Notes: generated by a model not told the origin, from the letters alone. DNA of 63,754 nt from an uncultured Gammaproteobacteria bacterium (GCA_964476245.1 CAYYYW010000005.1:1-63754); one strand, 5' to 3'. Counted from the first letter of the stretch, positions 1-9,391 are shown. A program made the numbers and translations.

Positions 1-51
1 AACTTGAATAAATTCCTGCATAAATTTTTCGCGGATGTTATACTTTTACGT

Positions 52-1077
52 ATGAAAAATAGAATAAAAACATTTGTAATTGTCCTTATTTTGATAATAA
101 TCGGTTTTGTGGTATATAAAAATTTTTTCTCACCGAAAATTAAAAAAATTGAATCAGCAAAAGTAAAACGTGGAGATTTGGAGGAAAAATTAATCATTTC
201 CGGGAAAATTGACGCCGAAGAAAAAGTTATTTTACGCTTTCAATCCTCTGGTCGTTTAGCTTGGGTGGGAGTAAAAGAAGGAGACTATGTTAAAAAATAC
301 CAGGGGATTGCCTCTTTAGACAAGAGGGAGCTTAAAAAAACTCTAGAGAAGTATCTTAACGGTTATGTTAATGAAAGATATGATTTTGAACAAACCCACG
401 ACGATTCTTGGCAAGAACAATATGCTTTAAGTGACGGTCTTAAAAGAGAAGCAGAAAGAATCATCAAAAAATCTCAAAATGATTTAAACGACGCCGTATT
501 AGATGTAGAATTACAAAGTTTATCTTTAGAATACGCTAATCTTTGGACGCCGATTGAAGGTTTGGTCGTAAGGGTTGACAATCCTTTTGCCGGCATGAAT
601 ATTACCCCAGCCCAAGCGGAATTTGAAATTATTAATCCTCAGACGGTTTATTTTTCAGCTTCGGCGGATCAGTCAGAGGTGATTGAATTAAAAGAAAGTA
701 TGATTGGTGACTTAATGCTAGATCCGTATCCCGAAAAAACATTAACTGGGAAAATCAAAAACATTTCTTTTATACCAAAGGCAGGGGAGACAGGGGCGGT
801 TTACGACATAAAATTTATTTTCGAAGAAGACAATCTTAACTACAAGCATAAAATTGGCATGACTGGCGACTTGAGTTTTGTCACTAAAAAAATAAAAGAT
901 GTTTTATATCTGCCAATTAAGTTTGTGAAAAGCGAGACGGGGAAAAAATATGTTAATGTGGTAAAAAATGGCCAGAATGGTCAAAAGACTAAAGTTTTCA
1001 TAACTACCGGCGTGGAAGTTGATGATTTGGTAGAAATTATTTCCGGACTTTCTAAAAACGATACGGTTTATGATTAA
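52..1077 (+). CDS. Efflux-pump periplasmic adaptor (HlyD/MacA-type membrane fusion protein)
   Basis: ORF 4..1077; N-terminal TM anchor FVIVLILIIIGFVV. Its stop overlaps the ATG of the downstream ABC ATPase (ATGATTAA). ATG at 52 preferred to TTG at 4. Confidence 0.7.
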   Translation: MKNRIKTFVIVLILIIIGFVVYKNFFSPKIKKIESAKVKRGDLEEKLIISGKIDAEEKVILRFQSSGRLAWVGVKEGDYVKKYQGIASLDKRELKKTLEKYLNGYVNERYDFEQTHDDSWQEQYALSDGLKREAERIIKKSQNDLNDAVLDVELQSLSLEYANLWTPIEGLVVRVDNPFAGMNITPAQAEFEIINPQTVYFSASADQSEVIELKESMIGDLMLDPYPEKTLTGKIKNISFIPKAGETGAVYDIKFIFEEDNLNYKHKIGMTGDLSFVTKKIKDVLYLPIKFVKSETGKKYVNVVKNGQNGQKTKVFITTGVEVDDLVEIISGLSKNDTVYD

Positions 1078-1741
1078 ACTTCAGAATATTTACAAAGAGT
1101 ATAAATTAGATGGTGAAGTTTTTATTGCTCTTAACAACATTGTTCTAGAAATAAAAAAAGGTGAATTTACTGCCATTGCTGGTCCGTCTGGATCTGGAAA
1201 ATCAACCTTAATGCATACGATCGGACTGATAGATCATCCTTCCAGGGGGCAAATATATATTGAGGGGAAAGATGCTTTAAAGTTAAGTGACGATCAACTT
1301 TCCGAATTAAGAAATGGATTCGTCGGTTTTGTTTTTCAGCAATTCAATTTAATCAACAAGTTAACCGTCTTAGAAAATATTCTTTTACCCTCAATTTACA
1401 TTAGGAAAAAAATCAACTTTGATCCACAAGAAAAAGCCCTATTTCTTATGAAAAGATTTGGTATAGAGAATAAAGCCAATTCTTTTCCGAATAAAATTTC
1501 TGGCGGAGAGCAACAGCGCGTTGCTATTGCTCGGGCATTAATTAACAATCCAAAGATTATTTTAGCTGACGAACCGACGGGCAATTTGGATACAAAAACA
1601 GGGGAAAAAATTTTAGATCTTTTGGAGGAATTAAATCGAAAAGACGGAATCACCGTTATTGTTGTTACTCACGAGAAACATGTGGCTGACAGGATGAAAA
1701 GGAAGATTTATATAAGGGACGGGGAGATAATAGGAACTTAA
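1070..1741 (+). CDS. ABC transporter ATP-binding protein (MacB/LolD type)
   Basis: Walker A GPSGSGKST, ABC signature ISGGEQQRVAIARAL, Walker B IILADEPT, H-loop VTHE. Confidence 0.92.
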   Translation: MIKLQNIYKEYKLDGEVFIALNNIVLEIKKGEFTAIAGPSGSGKSTLMHTIGLIDHPSRGQIYIEGKDALKLSDDQLSELRNGFVGFVFQQFNLINKLTVLENILLPSIYIRKKINFDPQEKALFLMKRFGIENKANSFPNKISGGEQQRVAIARALINNPKIILADEPTGNLDTKTGEKILDLLEELNRKDGITVIVVTHEKHVADRMKRKIYIRDGEIIGT

Positions 1742-1747
1742 AAATAT

Positions 1748-2950
1748 ATGAAATATTTTCTTTTTATTTTAAAGTCCGCTTTTGAGGATTTTCGACGTAA
1801 TAAGCTACGGACGTTTTTGACGTCTTTAGGAATTCTAATTGGGGTTTCCTCGGTTGTTCTTATGATTGCTTTTGGATTAGGCCTCAAGAAATATATCAGT
1901 AACCAGTTTGAAAGTTTAGGGGCAAACCTTATGTTTGTTATTCCCGGAAGCAAGAATACTTTTTTAAGAGGCGGGGGAATGATTGGTGGCATAAAATTTG
2001 ACGACAAGGACATCAGTAAAATAAAAAGAGTAAAAACAATTAGTCATATTGCTCCAATTTTTGCGAAATCCGGGGCTTTAATTAAAGTTCGTGAAAAAAT
2101 TGAAGTGGCTGAGATTTTAGCCTCAACCGAGGAGATTGTTCCTATTATGAATTTGGAACTTGAGGAAGGACGATTAATGGAGAAAAAAGACGCGCAAAAA
2201 GGCAGCAAAATTGTCATGCTTCATAAGTCTTTGGCAGAAAAATTATTTAGCTCCGCCAGCGAGGCGGTTGGTAAAAATATTGTTAGTGAAGAACAGAATT
2301 TTAAGGTAATCGGGGTTTTAAAATCTAAAGGTGGAGGAGGTCTTGGAGGCAGTAGTTTAGATGATCATATCTACATTCCTTTTAAAGCTTCGTATTCTTT
2401 TAACCCAGACAAGAAATTCTTTGGGATATATTTTAAAGTAGAGGACAAAGAAGTTATTCCCGAAACAAAAGAAGAAGTGAAAAAGGTTTTATTAAAAAGA
2501 TATGATGAAGACGATTTTAGCATTATGGAGCAAACAGAACTAATGGAAACAATTTCTTCAATTTTTTCAATTATCAATGTTGTTTTGGTCGCCATCGCCG
2601 CAGTTTCTCTTGTTGTTGGAGGGATAGGAATTATGAACATTATGTATGTTTCGGTAATTGAAAGAATCCGAGAGATTGGGATAAGAAGGGCCATTGGGGC
2701 GACAAAAAACGATATTCTTTTTCAATTTTTAGCTGAATCAGTGATTCTATCTTTATTGGGCGGATTTCTTGGCCTTACGATTTCTTTCGTGGTGGTTTTT
2801 TTTATTCAAAGTTATTTCCCAGCATATATTGATTTAACATCAATCTTAATCGCTCTTGGCGTTTCATCAGCTATAGGTATTATTTTTGGCGTTTTACCAG
2901 CTAAAAAAGCAGCGGAACTTTCTCCAATTGAAGCGATTCGTTATGAATGA
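1748..2950 (+). CDS. ABC transporter permease, FtsX/MacB family
   Basis: 400 aa: TM1, large extracytoplasmic domain, three C-terminal TMs. Motif GIMNIMYVSVIERIREIGIRRAIGA. Completes the adaptor-ATPase-permease operon. Confidence 0.88.
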   Translation: MKYFLFILKSAFEDFRRNKLRTFLTSLGILIGVSSVVLMIAFGLGLKKYISNQFESLGANLMFVIPGSKNTFLRGGGMIGGIKFDDKDISKIKRVKTISHIAPIFAKSGALIKVREKIEVAEILASTEEIVPIMNLELEEGRLMEKKDAQKGSKIVMLHKSLAEKLFSSASEAVGKNIVSEEQNFKVIGVLKSKGGGGLGGSSLDDHIYIPFKASYSFNPDKKFFGIYFKVEDKEVIPETKEEVKKVLLKRYDEDDFSIMEQTELMETISSIFSIINVVLVAIAAVSLVVGGIGIMNIMYVSVIERIREIGIRRAIGATKNDILFQFLAESVILSLLGGFLGLTISFVVVFFIQSYFPAYIDLTSILIALGVSSAIGIIFGVLPAKKAAELSPIEAIRYE

Positions 2951-2978
2951 GATAAAATCATCTAGCAATCTATTATCC

Positions 2979-3356
2979 GTCATCCTGAACGAAGTGAAGG
3001 ATCTAGCGAAGCGTAGATGATAAATCTTTAAACTTAGGATTTTCAATTTTGATAAGATTGATCTTTTTACATCTTTTCCAGCCTTTGATTTTCTTTTCAA
3101 CGATAATGGCTTCTTCGGGCGTGGTAAATTCTTCAAACCATACTAGTTTATATAAACGGTATTTATTAGTAAATGAATTATCAATTACTCCGTTTTTGTG
3201 TTCCTGGATTCTTCTTTGAAGATTGTTTGTTATTCCAGTATACAAAACAGTATTTTCGTAGTTGGCGATGATATAAACAAAATAACTTTTATTCATTAGT
3301 AATATTTTACGCTACGCTAGATTCTTCGTCGTCACTTCGTTCCTCCTCAGAATAAC
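2979..3356. mobile_element. GC-rich palindromic element carrying a GIY-YIG gene in its loop (occupied copy)
   Basis: Arms 2979-3015 and 3308-3356 are imperfect reverse complements. The same arms are joined by a 3-nt loop at 7655-7748. Confidence 0.45.
3003..3296 (-). CDS. GIY-YIG nuclease family protein (UPF0213/YhbQ-like)
   Basis: 97 aa; YFVYIIANYENTVLYTGITNNLQRRIQEH matches the GIY..YIG..R..E pattern. The stop codon lies inside the left palindrome arm. Confidence 0.85.
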   Translation of the reverse strand: MNKSYFVYIIANYENTVLYTGITNNLQRRIQEHKNGVIDNSFTNKYRLYKLVWFEEFTTPEEAIIVEKKIKGWKRCKKINLIKIENPKFKDLSSTLR

Positions 3357-3358
3357 AA

Positions 3359-4228
3359 TCAAGTTGGTTGTTGACACATCGGGCAGAAAAAGCTGCTTCT
3401 CCCTCCCTGTTTGATTCTTTTTATTGGAGTTTTACAAATAAGGCAGGGTTCATTTTCTCTTTGATAAACTTTAAAATGGGTTTGATATGAGCCTCTGCTA
3501 CCATTAGGCTTAATATAAGCCTCATCTGCGCTTGTTGAACCTCCGTATTTTATTCCTTGTTCAATAACTTTTTTGATCGTTTGATAGAGTTTGGCAACTT
3601 CTAATTTACTAAGAGATTTAGATTTTTTTAAAGGATGAATCTTTGCTAAAAACAAAGCTTCATTAGCGTAGATGTTGCCAATACCGGCAATTTTTTCCTG
3701 ATCTAATAATAAAAGTTTAATCGGTTTGCTAGTTTGTTGAGTAATTATAGTTAAGTACTCAACTGTAAATTCATTAGAAAGGACGTCAATTCCCTGTGGT
3801 TTTTCTGGTTGATCGGTTATTTTTATCCAGCCAAATTTACGCATATCGTTGAAAAATAAGCCGCTACCATCGGAAAAGGCAAAAACCACTCTGGTGGTTT
3901 TTGAAGGCATTTTGGTTGTCTTGGTAAAAGGAATAACGTCTTTAAAAACTGAGTTTTTAAGATTGTTTGTATAAAGAATTTCGCCGGTAAGTTTAAGATG
4001 AATATTTAAGAACTTATAGTTGGCGAGTTTACGAGTTAACGGGTTAACGAGTTTAAAAACAAGAATTTTTCCAAAACGTTCGATAGAAACAATTTTTTTA
4101 CCGACGACATCTTCCTTTTTACCAATAAATTGCTTTTTTTCCAAAATTTTAATGTCTTTTATCGTCTTTCCAATAATTTTAGGTTTTAACTGGAGACGGA
4201 TTGTTTCAACTTCGGGAAGTTCGGGCAT
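3359..4228 (-). CDS. mutM: Formamidopyrimidine-DNA glycosylase
   Basis: N-terminal catalytic MPELPEVE; C-terminal zinc finger CLICKTPIKRIKQGGRSSFFCPMC. Confidence 0.92.
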   Translation of the reverse strand: MPELPEVETIRLQLKPKIIGKTIKDIKILEKKQFIGKKEDVVGKKIVSIERFGKILVFKLVNPLTRKLANYKFLNIHLKLTGEILYTNNLKNSVFKDVIPFTKTTKMPSKTTRVVFAFSDGSGLFFNDMRKFGWIKITDQPEKPQGIDVLSNEFTVEYLTIITQQTSKPIKLLLLDQEKIAGIGNIYANEALFLAKIHPLKKSKSLSKLEVAKLYQTIKKVIEQGIKYGGSTSADEAYIKPNGSRGSYQTHFKVYQRENEPCLICKTPIKRIKQGGRSSFFCPMCQQPT

Positions 4229-5366
4229 TTTTATTTAAAGACTGTCGTTCTTGAAAGACAGTCTTTATAAATTTAAAAATATTTTCCTTAAATTTTTCTT
4301 CAGAAAAGTTTTCGGCAGTTTTTCGGGCAGACTTTTTCATCTTAATAAATTCTTCTTCTTTTAAACTTTCAAACTTTTTAACCTTATGAACTAACGAGTC
4401 CTCATTTAATTGGTTAAATAAAAATCCATTTTGTCCGTCTTTTATATGTTCAGGAATACCGCCGTCACTGTAAGCAATTACTGGTACTCCGTAACCCATG
4501 GCTTCTGCCGGGGCAATACCAAACTCTTCATCAGCGGCCGAAAACAAAAAGGCTTTAGCTTCAAGATATAATTGGGTTAATTTTTCATCAGGAAGCTCTC
4601 CTAAAAATTCTACTTTTGGTCCCGCTATTGATTTTAAATATTTTTCATCCCGACCGGCGCCAACGATTTTAAGATTTAATTTCATTTTATTAGCGGCTTT
4701 TATCAAAATGTCAATGTGTTTGGCCCGAGCGAGACGGGAAACGGTTAGATAAAAGCTTGAAGGTTTGAAGGCTTGAAGGTTTGAAGGTTTTTTAGGAATA
4801 CTAACTGGAGGATAGATAACGATAGAATCACGGCGGTAGAATTTTTCAATCCGTCTTTTTGTTTCTTCTGAATTGGCGATGAAACAATCAACTCTTTGAG
4901 ATGAAAGATAGTCCCACAATCGCAAACCATGGTTAACTAGGTGACCATAAATTTTAATCGGCCAATATTTTTGCCACTCAATCGCAGTCTCATAATAATA
5001 AAGCGAACGGGGCGGATGATGAAGGTAACAAACATGAACAGTTTTCGGCCGGGTAATTACTCCCTTTGACATGTAGGAACCTGAAGAGGAAATAACCAAA
5101 TCATAATTTGAAAAATTAAAAGGTTCCCAAAGCAAAGGGGTAATAAAACGAAGAGGGGAATAGAGTTTTTTTAAAAAAGGAATTTTATCTGCCCAGGAAG
5201 TGATAATTTGCCAATTTTTAAATTTTTCGGCATGAGAACCTAAAGTTTTAGGATTGTAGAATGAGGTATAAACGTCGGCTTCGGGAAAAATTTTCTTAAG
5301 AGTGACTAATACCCGCTCCGCCCCCCCAAATTCTTGCAATTGATCGTGAACAATAGCGACTTTCAT
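4206..5366 (-). CDS. Glycosyltransferase family 4 (GT-B fold)
   Basis: EEFGIAPAEAMGYGVPVIAY region and GAGRDE linker. The 3' end overlaps the mutM start by 23 nt. Confidence 0.8.
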   Translation of the reverse strand: MKVAIVHDQLQEFGGAERVLVTLKKIFPEADVYTSFYNPKTLGSHAEKFKNWQIITSWADKIPFLKKLYSPLRFITPLLWEPFNFSNYDLVISSSGSYMSKGVITRPKTVHVCYLHHPPRSLYYYETAIEWQKYWPIKIYGHLVNHGLRLWDYLSSQRVDCFIANSEETKRRIEKFYRRDSIVIYPPVSIPKKPSNLQAFKPSSFYLTVSRLARAKHIDILIKAANKMKLNLKIVGAGRDEKYLKSIAGPKVEFLGELPDEKLTQLYLEAKAFLFSAADEEFGIAPAEAMGYGVPVIAYSDGGIPEHIKDGQNGFLFNQLNEDSLVHKVKKFESLKEEEFIKMKKSARKTAENFSEEKFKENIFKFIKTVFQERQSLNKNARTSRS

Positions 5367-5388
5367 TTTATGTATTATACTGTAAGAT

Positions 5389-6171
5389 ATGAGTGTTTTA
5401 AACGCCTTAATCTTGGGAATAGTTGAGGGACTAACCGAGTTTTTGCCGATTTCTTCAACCGCTCATCTTATTTTTGTTAGCAAGTTATTAAAGATTCATC
5501 AAACAGAGTTTCAAAAATTTTTTGAAGTCTTTATTCAATCAGGAGCAATTTTAGCCGTCTTAATAATTTACTTTCGTCATTTATTAACTCATAAAAAGAA
5601 CTTAAAAAATATTGTTGTTTCTTTTTTTCCAACAGCAATCATTGGGTTTGTTTTTTACAAAATTATTAAAAATATCTTTTTTGAATCTTATCTACTTATT
5701 GTTTTTATGATGTTTTTTGTTGGGTTTGTATTTTTTACAGTGGAGCTTTTGGTTAAGAGAAAAAAATTAAGACTGCAAAAATCAGTGAACAATATTACTT
5801 ATAAACAAGCAATAATTATCGGGCTAGGGCAGTCTTTAGCCATTGTTCCCGGTGTTTCTCGAGCCGGAGCAGTGATAGTGACAATGATGTTTTTGGGTTT
5901 CAGGCGAGACGAAGCGGCTTTATATTCTTTTCTTTTAGCTGTTCCGACAATTTTTGCCGCCTCTGCTTTTGATCTTTTAAAAACAAATTTTAGCTTGGTT
6001 TTTAATTCGCAAAATTTATTTTTTCTGATAATCGGATTTTTAACTTCGTTTATAAGCGCCTTTTTTGTAATCCGCTTGTTTATTAATTACCTGCAGAAAA
6101 ATAGTTTAGTAGTCTTTGGTTGGTATCGGATTATTGTTGCTGGTATTTTGATTTTAGCTTTTCTAAACTAA
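5389..6171 (+). CDS. uppP: Undecaprenyl-diphosphate phosphatase
   Basis: GIVEGLTEFLPISSTAHL and PGVSRAGA motifs; polytopic membrane protein. Confidence 0.9.
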   Translation: MSVLNALILGIVEGLTEFLPISSTAHLIFVSKLLKIHQTEFQKFFEVFIQSGAILAVLIIYFRHLLTHKKNLKNIVVSFFPTAIIGFVFYKIIKNIFFESYLLIVFMMFFVGFVFFTVELLVKRKKLRLQKSVNNITYKQAIIIGLGQSLAIVPGVSRAGAVIVTMMFLGFRRDEAALYSFLLAVPTIFAASAFDLLKTNFSLVFNSQNLFFLIIGFLTSFISAFFVIRLFINYLQKNSLVVFGWYRIIVAGILILAFLN

Positions 6172-6272
6172 GAATAGGATTTGCGCATTCTGTTATTAAT
6201 CTGTTATTAAATCGTTATATGGTGAATATTTTTGGCTATATATTAAATAGGGTCGGTGAGGCGGAGTATGAA

Positions 6273-7634
6273 ATGGAAAAAGATTACCAAGGAGCGCCTT
6301 TGCGGATTTTTGCCGAAGAAGGATTATTAAAACAGATGGATGAGGCGGTTTTTATTCAGGGAAAAAACGTGGCTCAACTTCCGGGATTGGTTGGACCGGT
6401 ATTAATCATGCCCGATGCTCATTCAGGCTATGGAGCGCCCATCGGCACAGTTTTTGCTATGGACTCTAACCATGGTTATATTTCTCCCGGCGCAGTTGGA
6501 TACGATATAAATTGCGGGATGAGATTAATAAAAACTAATCTTTGCCATGAAGAAATAAAACCTCACTTAGAAAAATTAGTCAACATGCTTTTTGACTACG
6601 TACCGCCCGGTCTCGGAAGACGTGGATTTTTAAAAGTTAATAAAAAGGAATTAAAGCAATTAGTTGAGGAAGGCGTTCCTCATCTTATTAAAAAAGGCAT
6701 CGGCTGGGAAGAGGACATTTCTCGCATAGAAGAGCAAGGTAAAATTCAAGATGCTGATTTTTCTTGTGTTTCTAAAGAAGCGGCTGATCGCGGAATTAGT
6801 CAATTGGCTACCTTGGGCTCGGGCAATCATTATCTGGAAATCCAAGTGGTTGAGGCGATTCTTGATCAAGAAAAGGCAAAAGAGTTGGGTATTTTTAAAA
6901 AAAATCAAATCACAGTTATGATTCACTGTGGATCAAGAGGTTTTGGTCATCAAGTTTGTAGTGATTATTTAAGGATTTTTGAGAAACATAGGTCTGAATT
7001 CAAAATTGCCTTGAGTGATCGGCAGTTAGTTTCTGCTCCTCTTTATTCTTCACCGGCAAAACATTATTTTTCCGCCATGGCGGCCGCGGCCAATTTTGCC
7101 TTTGCTAATCGGGAAGCAATAACTCATAAAATAAGAATGGTATTTGAAAAAGTCTTGGGAAAAAAAGCTCAAACCTTAGGAATGAAGTTGGTTTATGACG
7201 TGGCTCATAATATTGCTAAATTTGAGCAACATCAGATTCCTAAGTCTAAAAAACAAGGAAGATTTTTGATTCATCGAAAAGGAGCTACTCGTTCCTTTCC
7301 TAATCTACCGGTAATTATCGGCGGATCAATGGAAACAGGTAGTTACCTTTTGATTGGAACTCGCGAAGCGGCGACAAAATCATTCGGGTCAACCGCTCAC
7401 GGCTCCGGCCGAACCATGTCTCGGGCAAAAGCCAAAAGGATTGTTTGCGGAGACAAGCTTTGGCAAGAAATGAAAAATAAAGGTATTTACGTAAAATCTG
7501 TCTCTTCTGCTGGTTTAGCTGAAGAAGCCGGCTTGGCTTACAAAAACATCTCCGATGTGATAAAATCGATTGATGCGGCTGGTCTTTCTAAACCAGTTGC
7601 CTATTTAAGACCGATCGGGAACATTAAAGGATAA
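6273..7634 (+). CDS. rtcB: RNA 3'-phosphate/5'-OH ligase RtcB
   Basis: MPDAHSGYGAPIG, GYDINCGMRL, GSGNHYLEIQ, HCGSRGFGHQ, HRKGATR, STAHGSGR. ATG 6273 follows GGTGAGGCGGAG. The 6120 start in the ORF track would overlap uppP. Confidence 0.9.
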   Translation: MEKDYQGAPLRIFAEEGLLKQMDEAVFIQGKNVAQLPGLVGPVLIMPDAHSGYGAPIGTVFAMDSNHGYISPGAVGYDINCGMRLIKTNLCHEEIKPHLEKLVNMLFDYVPPGLGRRGFLKVNKKELKQLVEEGVPHLIKKGIGWEEDISRIEEQGKIQDADFSCVSKEAADRGISQLATLGSGNHYLEIQVVEAILDQEKAKELGIFKKNQITVMIHCGSRGFGHQVCSDYLRIFEKHRSEFKIALSDRQLVSAPLYSSPAKHYFSAMAAAANFAFANREAITHKIRMVFEKVLGKKAQTLGMKLVYDVAHNIAKFEQHQIPKSKKQGRFLIHRKGATRSFPNLPVIIGGSMETGSYLLIGTREAATKSFGSTAHGSGRTMSRAKAKRIVCGDKLWQEMKNKGIYVKSVSSAGLAEEAGLAYKNISDVIKSIDAAGLSKPVAYLRPIGNIKG

Positions 7635-7654
7635 TAGGAGTTACGCAGTAAATT

Positions 7655-7748
7655 GTCATCCTGAGCGTTAGCGAAGGATCTAGCGAGCGAAGCGAGCGTA
7701 ATTACGCTTTCGCTAGATTCTTCCCCCGCTAAGCGGGGTCAGAATGAC
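7655..7748. repeat. 94-nt GC-rich palindromic element (empty copy)
   Basis: gtcatcctgagcg..ggatctagcgagcgaagcgagcgta / att / tacgctttcgctagattcttc..gtcagaatgac. Contains the inner hairpin ccccgctaagcgggg. Confidence 0.75.
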
Positions 7749-7788
7749 AGTGTGTAGGTCTTGAAGATAAATTTAACTTGTTTTAATT

Positions 7789-8259
7789 ATGTACAACAGT
7801 CCAACATGCGGGCAACTTGATATTTTAGCTATGAAAAAAAGAATAGTTTCTTACATGACGGAAATAAAAGAGGCTAAGTATAAAATTATTGTTGGTTCCG
7901 ATTCACAAAAATTAAAAAGCGGGAGCTATGATTTTGTTGTTGCTATCGCTATCCATCGTGTAGGCGCTGGGGGTATATATTTTTGGAAACGAGAAATAGT
8001 CAATAAAAAAATGGGTTTAAGACAAAGAATGTATCAAGAAGCAATTTTGTCACTGCAATCGGCCGAAAATGTCTTTGAACTATTTCGTGAGAACGGAATT
8101 GCTAAATATGATATTGAAATTCATGTGGACATTGGCCGCGGTGGTGAAACTCGTGTAATGATTACGGAAATTGTTGGTATGGTTCGCGGAAGTGGCTATG
8201 ATGTAAAAATAAAACCATATGCTTTTGGAGCTTCAAAAGTTGCCGATCGTCATACCTGA
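7789..8259 (+). CDS. YkuK-like RNase H-fold protein (DUF458 family)
   Basis: YNSPTCG start, IIVGSDSQ, AIHRVGAGG, HVDIGRGGETR, KIKPYAFGASKVADRHT. Pattern matches B. subtilis YkuK from memory. Confidence 0.7.
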   Translation: MYNSPTCGQLDILAMKKRIVSYMTEIKEAKYKIIVGSDSQKLKSGSYDFVVAIAIHRVGAGGIYFWKREIVNKKMGLRQRMYQEAILSLQSAENVFELFRENGIAKYDIEIHVDIGRGGETRVMITEIVGMVRGSGYDVKIKPYAFGASKVADRHT

Positions 8260-8292
8260 AAATCCAAAATCACAAATCTTATTTTAAATTTG

Positions 8293-9339
8293 TTATTCAA
8301 GGTATTCCTTGGCATTTTCTCCATTAACTATAAATTGTGTTCCTTCACCATTGACAAATTTAAAAGCTGTTTTACGGACAACTGTTTCTACATAACGCTC
8401 AACGCTTCTTATTCCTGGATCGTAGCCTGATAGACGGGCAATTTTTTGCCAGACGATATCGTCTACTACCAAATTTTCTGAAGATAGTCCGCTTTCTTGC
8501 AAAAGCCTAGGAAGAACATAGCTTTTGGCAATGGTGATTTTTTCTTGATCGGTGTATGAGGGCATTTGAATAACCTCCAATCGATCCATTACCGCGGTGG
8601 AAATATTAGTGGTGTTGTTGGCGGTAGTAATAAAAACAACAGAAGATAAATCAAAAGGATAATCAATATAATGATCAATAAAATTGGTGTTTTGTTCCGG
8701 ATCCAAAAGTTCAAGAAGAACTCCCATTATTGCTCCTTTGGCTTCGGGTGACACTCGGTCAAGTTCATCAAGAAGAATAACGGGATTTTTACTATTAACT
8801 CTTCTTAAAGCTTTAATGATTTGTCCTGGTTCAGCTTCGGGTTGCACTTTTGATAGTCCTCGCAAATCCAAAGCAGATGATAAACCACCAAAGGGAACCC
8901 GAACGAATTTTCTTCCAAGTGTTTCAGCCACCGATTTAGCAAAAGTAGTCTTTCCAGAACCAGCCAATCCAACAAATAATAAAATAGGCGCGTGAAAAGA
9001 TTCAAGTTTTAAGCGTTGTTTCTGAAGAATTAAGATGGATAGATATTCTAAAATTCTTTTTTTAACCGACTCTAATCCAAAATGATTTTTATCCATAATT
9101 TCTTTGGTTTTTTTTATATCAAGTAGGTCTTCTGTTTTATTTATCCAGGGAAGTGAAGTAATCCACTCAATATATTTAGAGATAATTTCCAGTTGATTTA
9201 AATTACCACCGTATTTTAAAGATAACTGTATTCGTTCAATCTGAGCTTGAACCTTCTCGAAAAGATTGGTTGGTAAATTGGCGTTTTTTACCTTCTCTTC
9301 TAATTTTTGAACTTCCAAAAAAGGCGTTTGATTATCCAT
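8293..9339 (-). CDS. Lon-like AAA+ ATPase module without LAN or S16 protease domains
   Basis: LPWINKTED..HFGLESVKKRILEYLS, Walker A GLAGSGKTT, Walker B ILLDELD, GIRSVERYV. The ORF ends where the Lon protease domain would begin. Confidence 0.7.
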   Translation of the reverse strand: MDNQTPFLEVQKLEEKVKNANLPTNLFEKVQAQIERIQLSLKYGGNLNQLEIISKYIEWITSLPWINKTEDLLDIKKTKEIMDKNHFGLESVKKRILEYLSILILQKQRLKLESFHAPILLFVGLAGSGKTTFAKSVAETLGRKFVRVPFGGLSSALDLRGLSKVQPEAEPGQIIKALRRVNSKNPVILLDELDRVSPEAKGAIMGVLLELLDPEQNTNFIDHYIDYPFDLSSVVFITTANNTTNISTAVMDRLEVIQMPSYTDQEKITIAKSYVLPRLLQESGLSSENLVVDDIVWQKIARLSGYDPGIRSVERYVETVVRKTAFKFVNGEGTQFIVNGENAKEYLE

Positions 9340-9391
9340 ATGTTATCCCGCTAAGCGGGATCCTATAATATTTAGCAGACGAAAATACCTC

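Noticed and set aside
6120-6272. Upstream extension of rtcB overlapping uppP by 52 nt.
   Set aside because: RtcB homologues begin close to the MEKDYQGAPLRIF segment. ATG 6273 has a purine-rich SD-like sequence, and the extension has no RtcB similarity.
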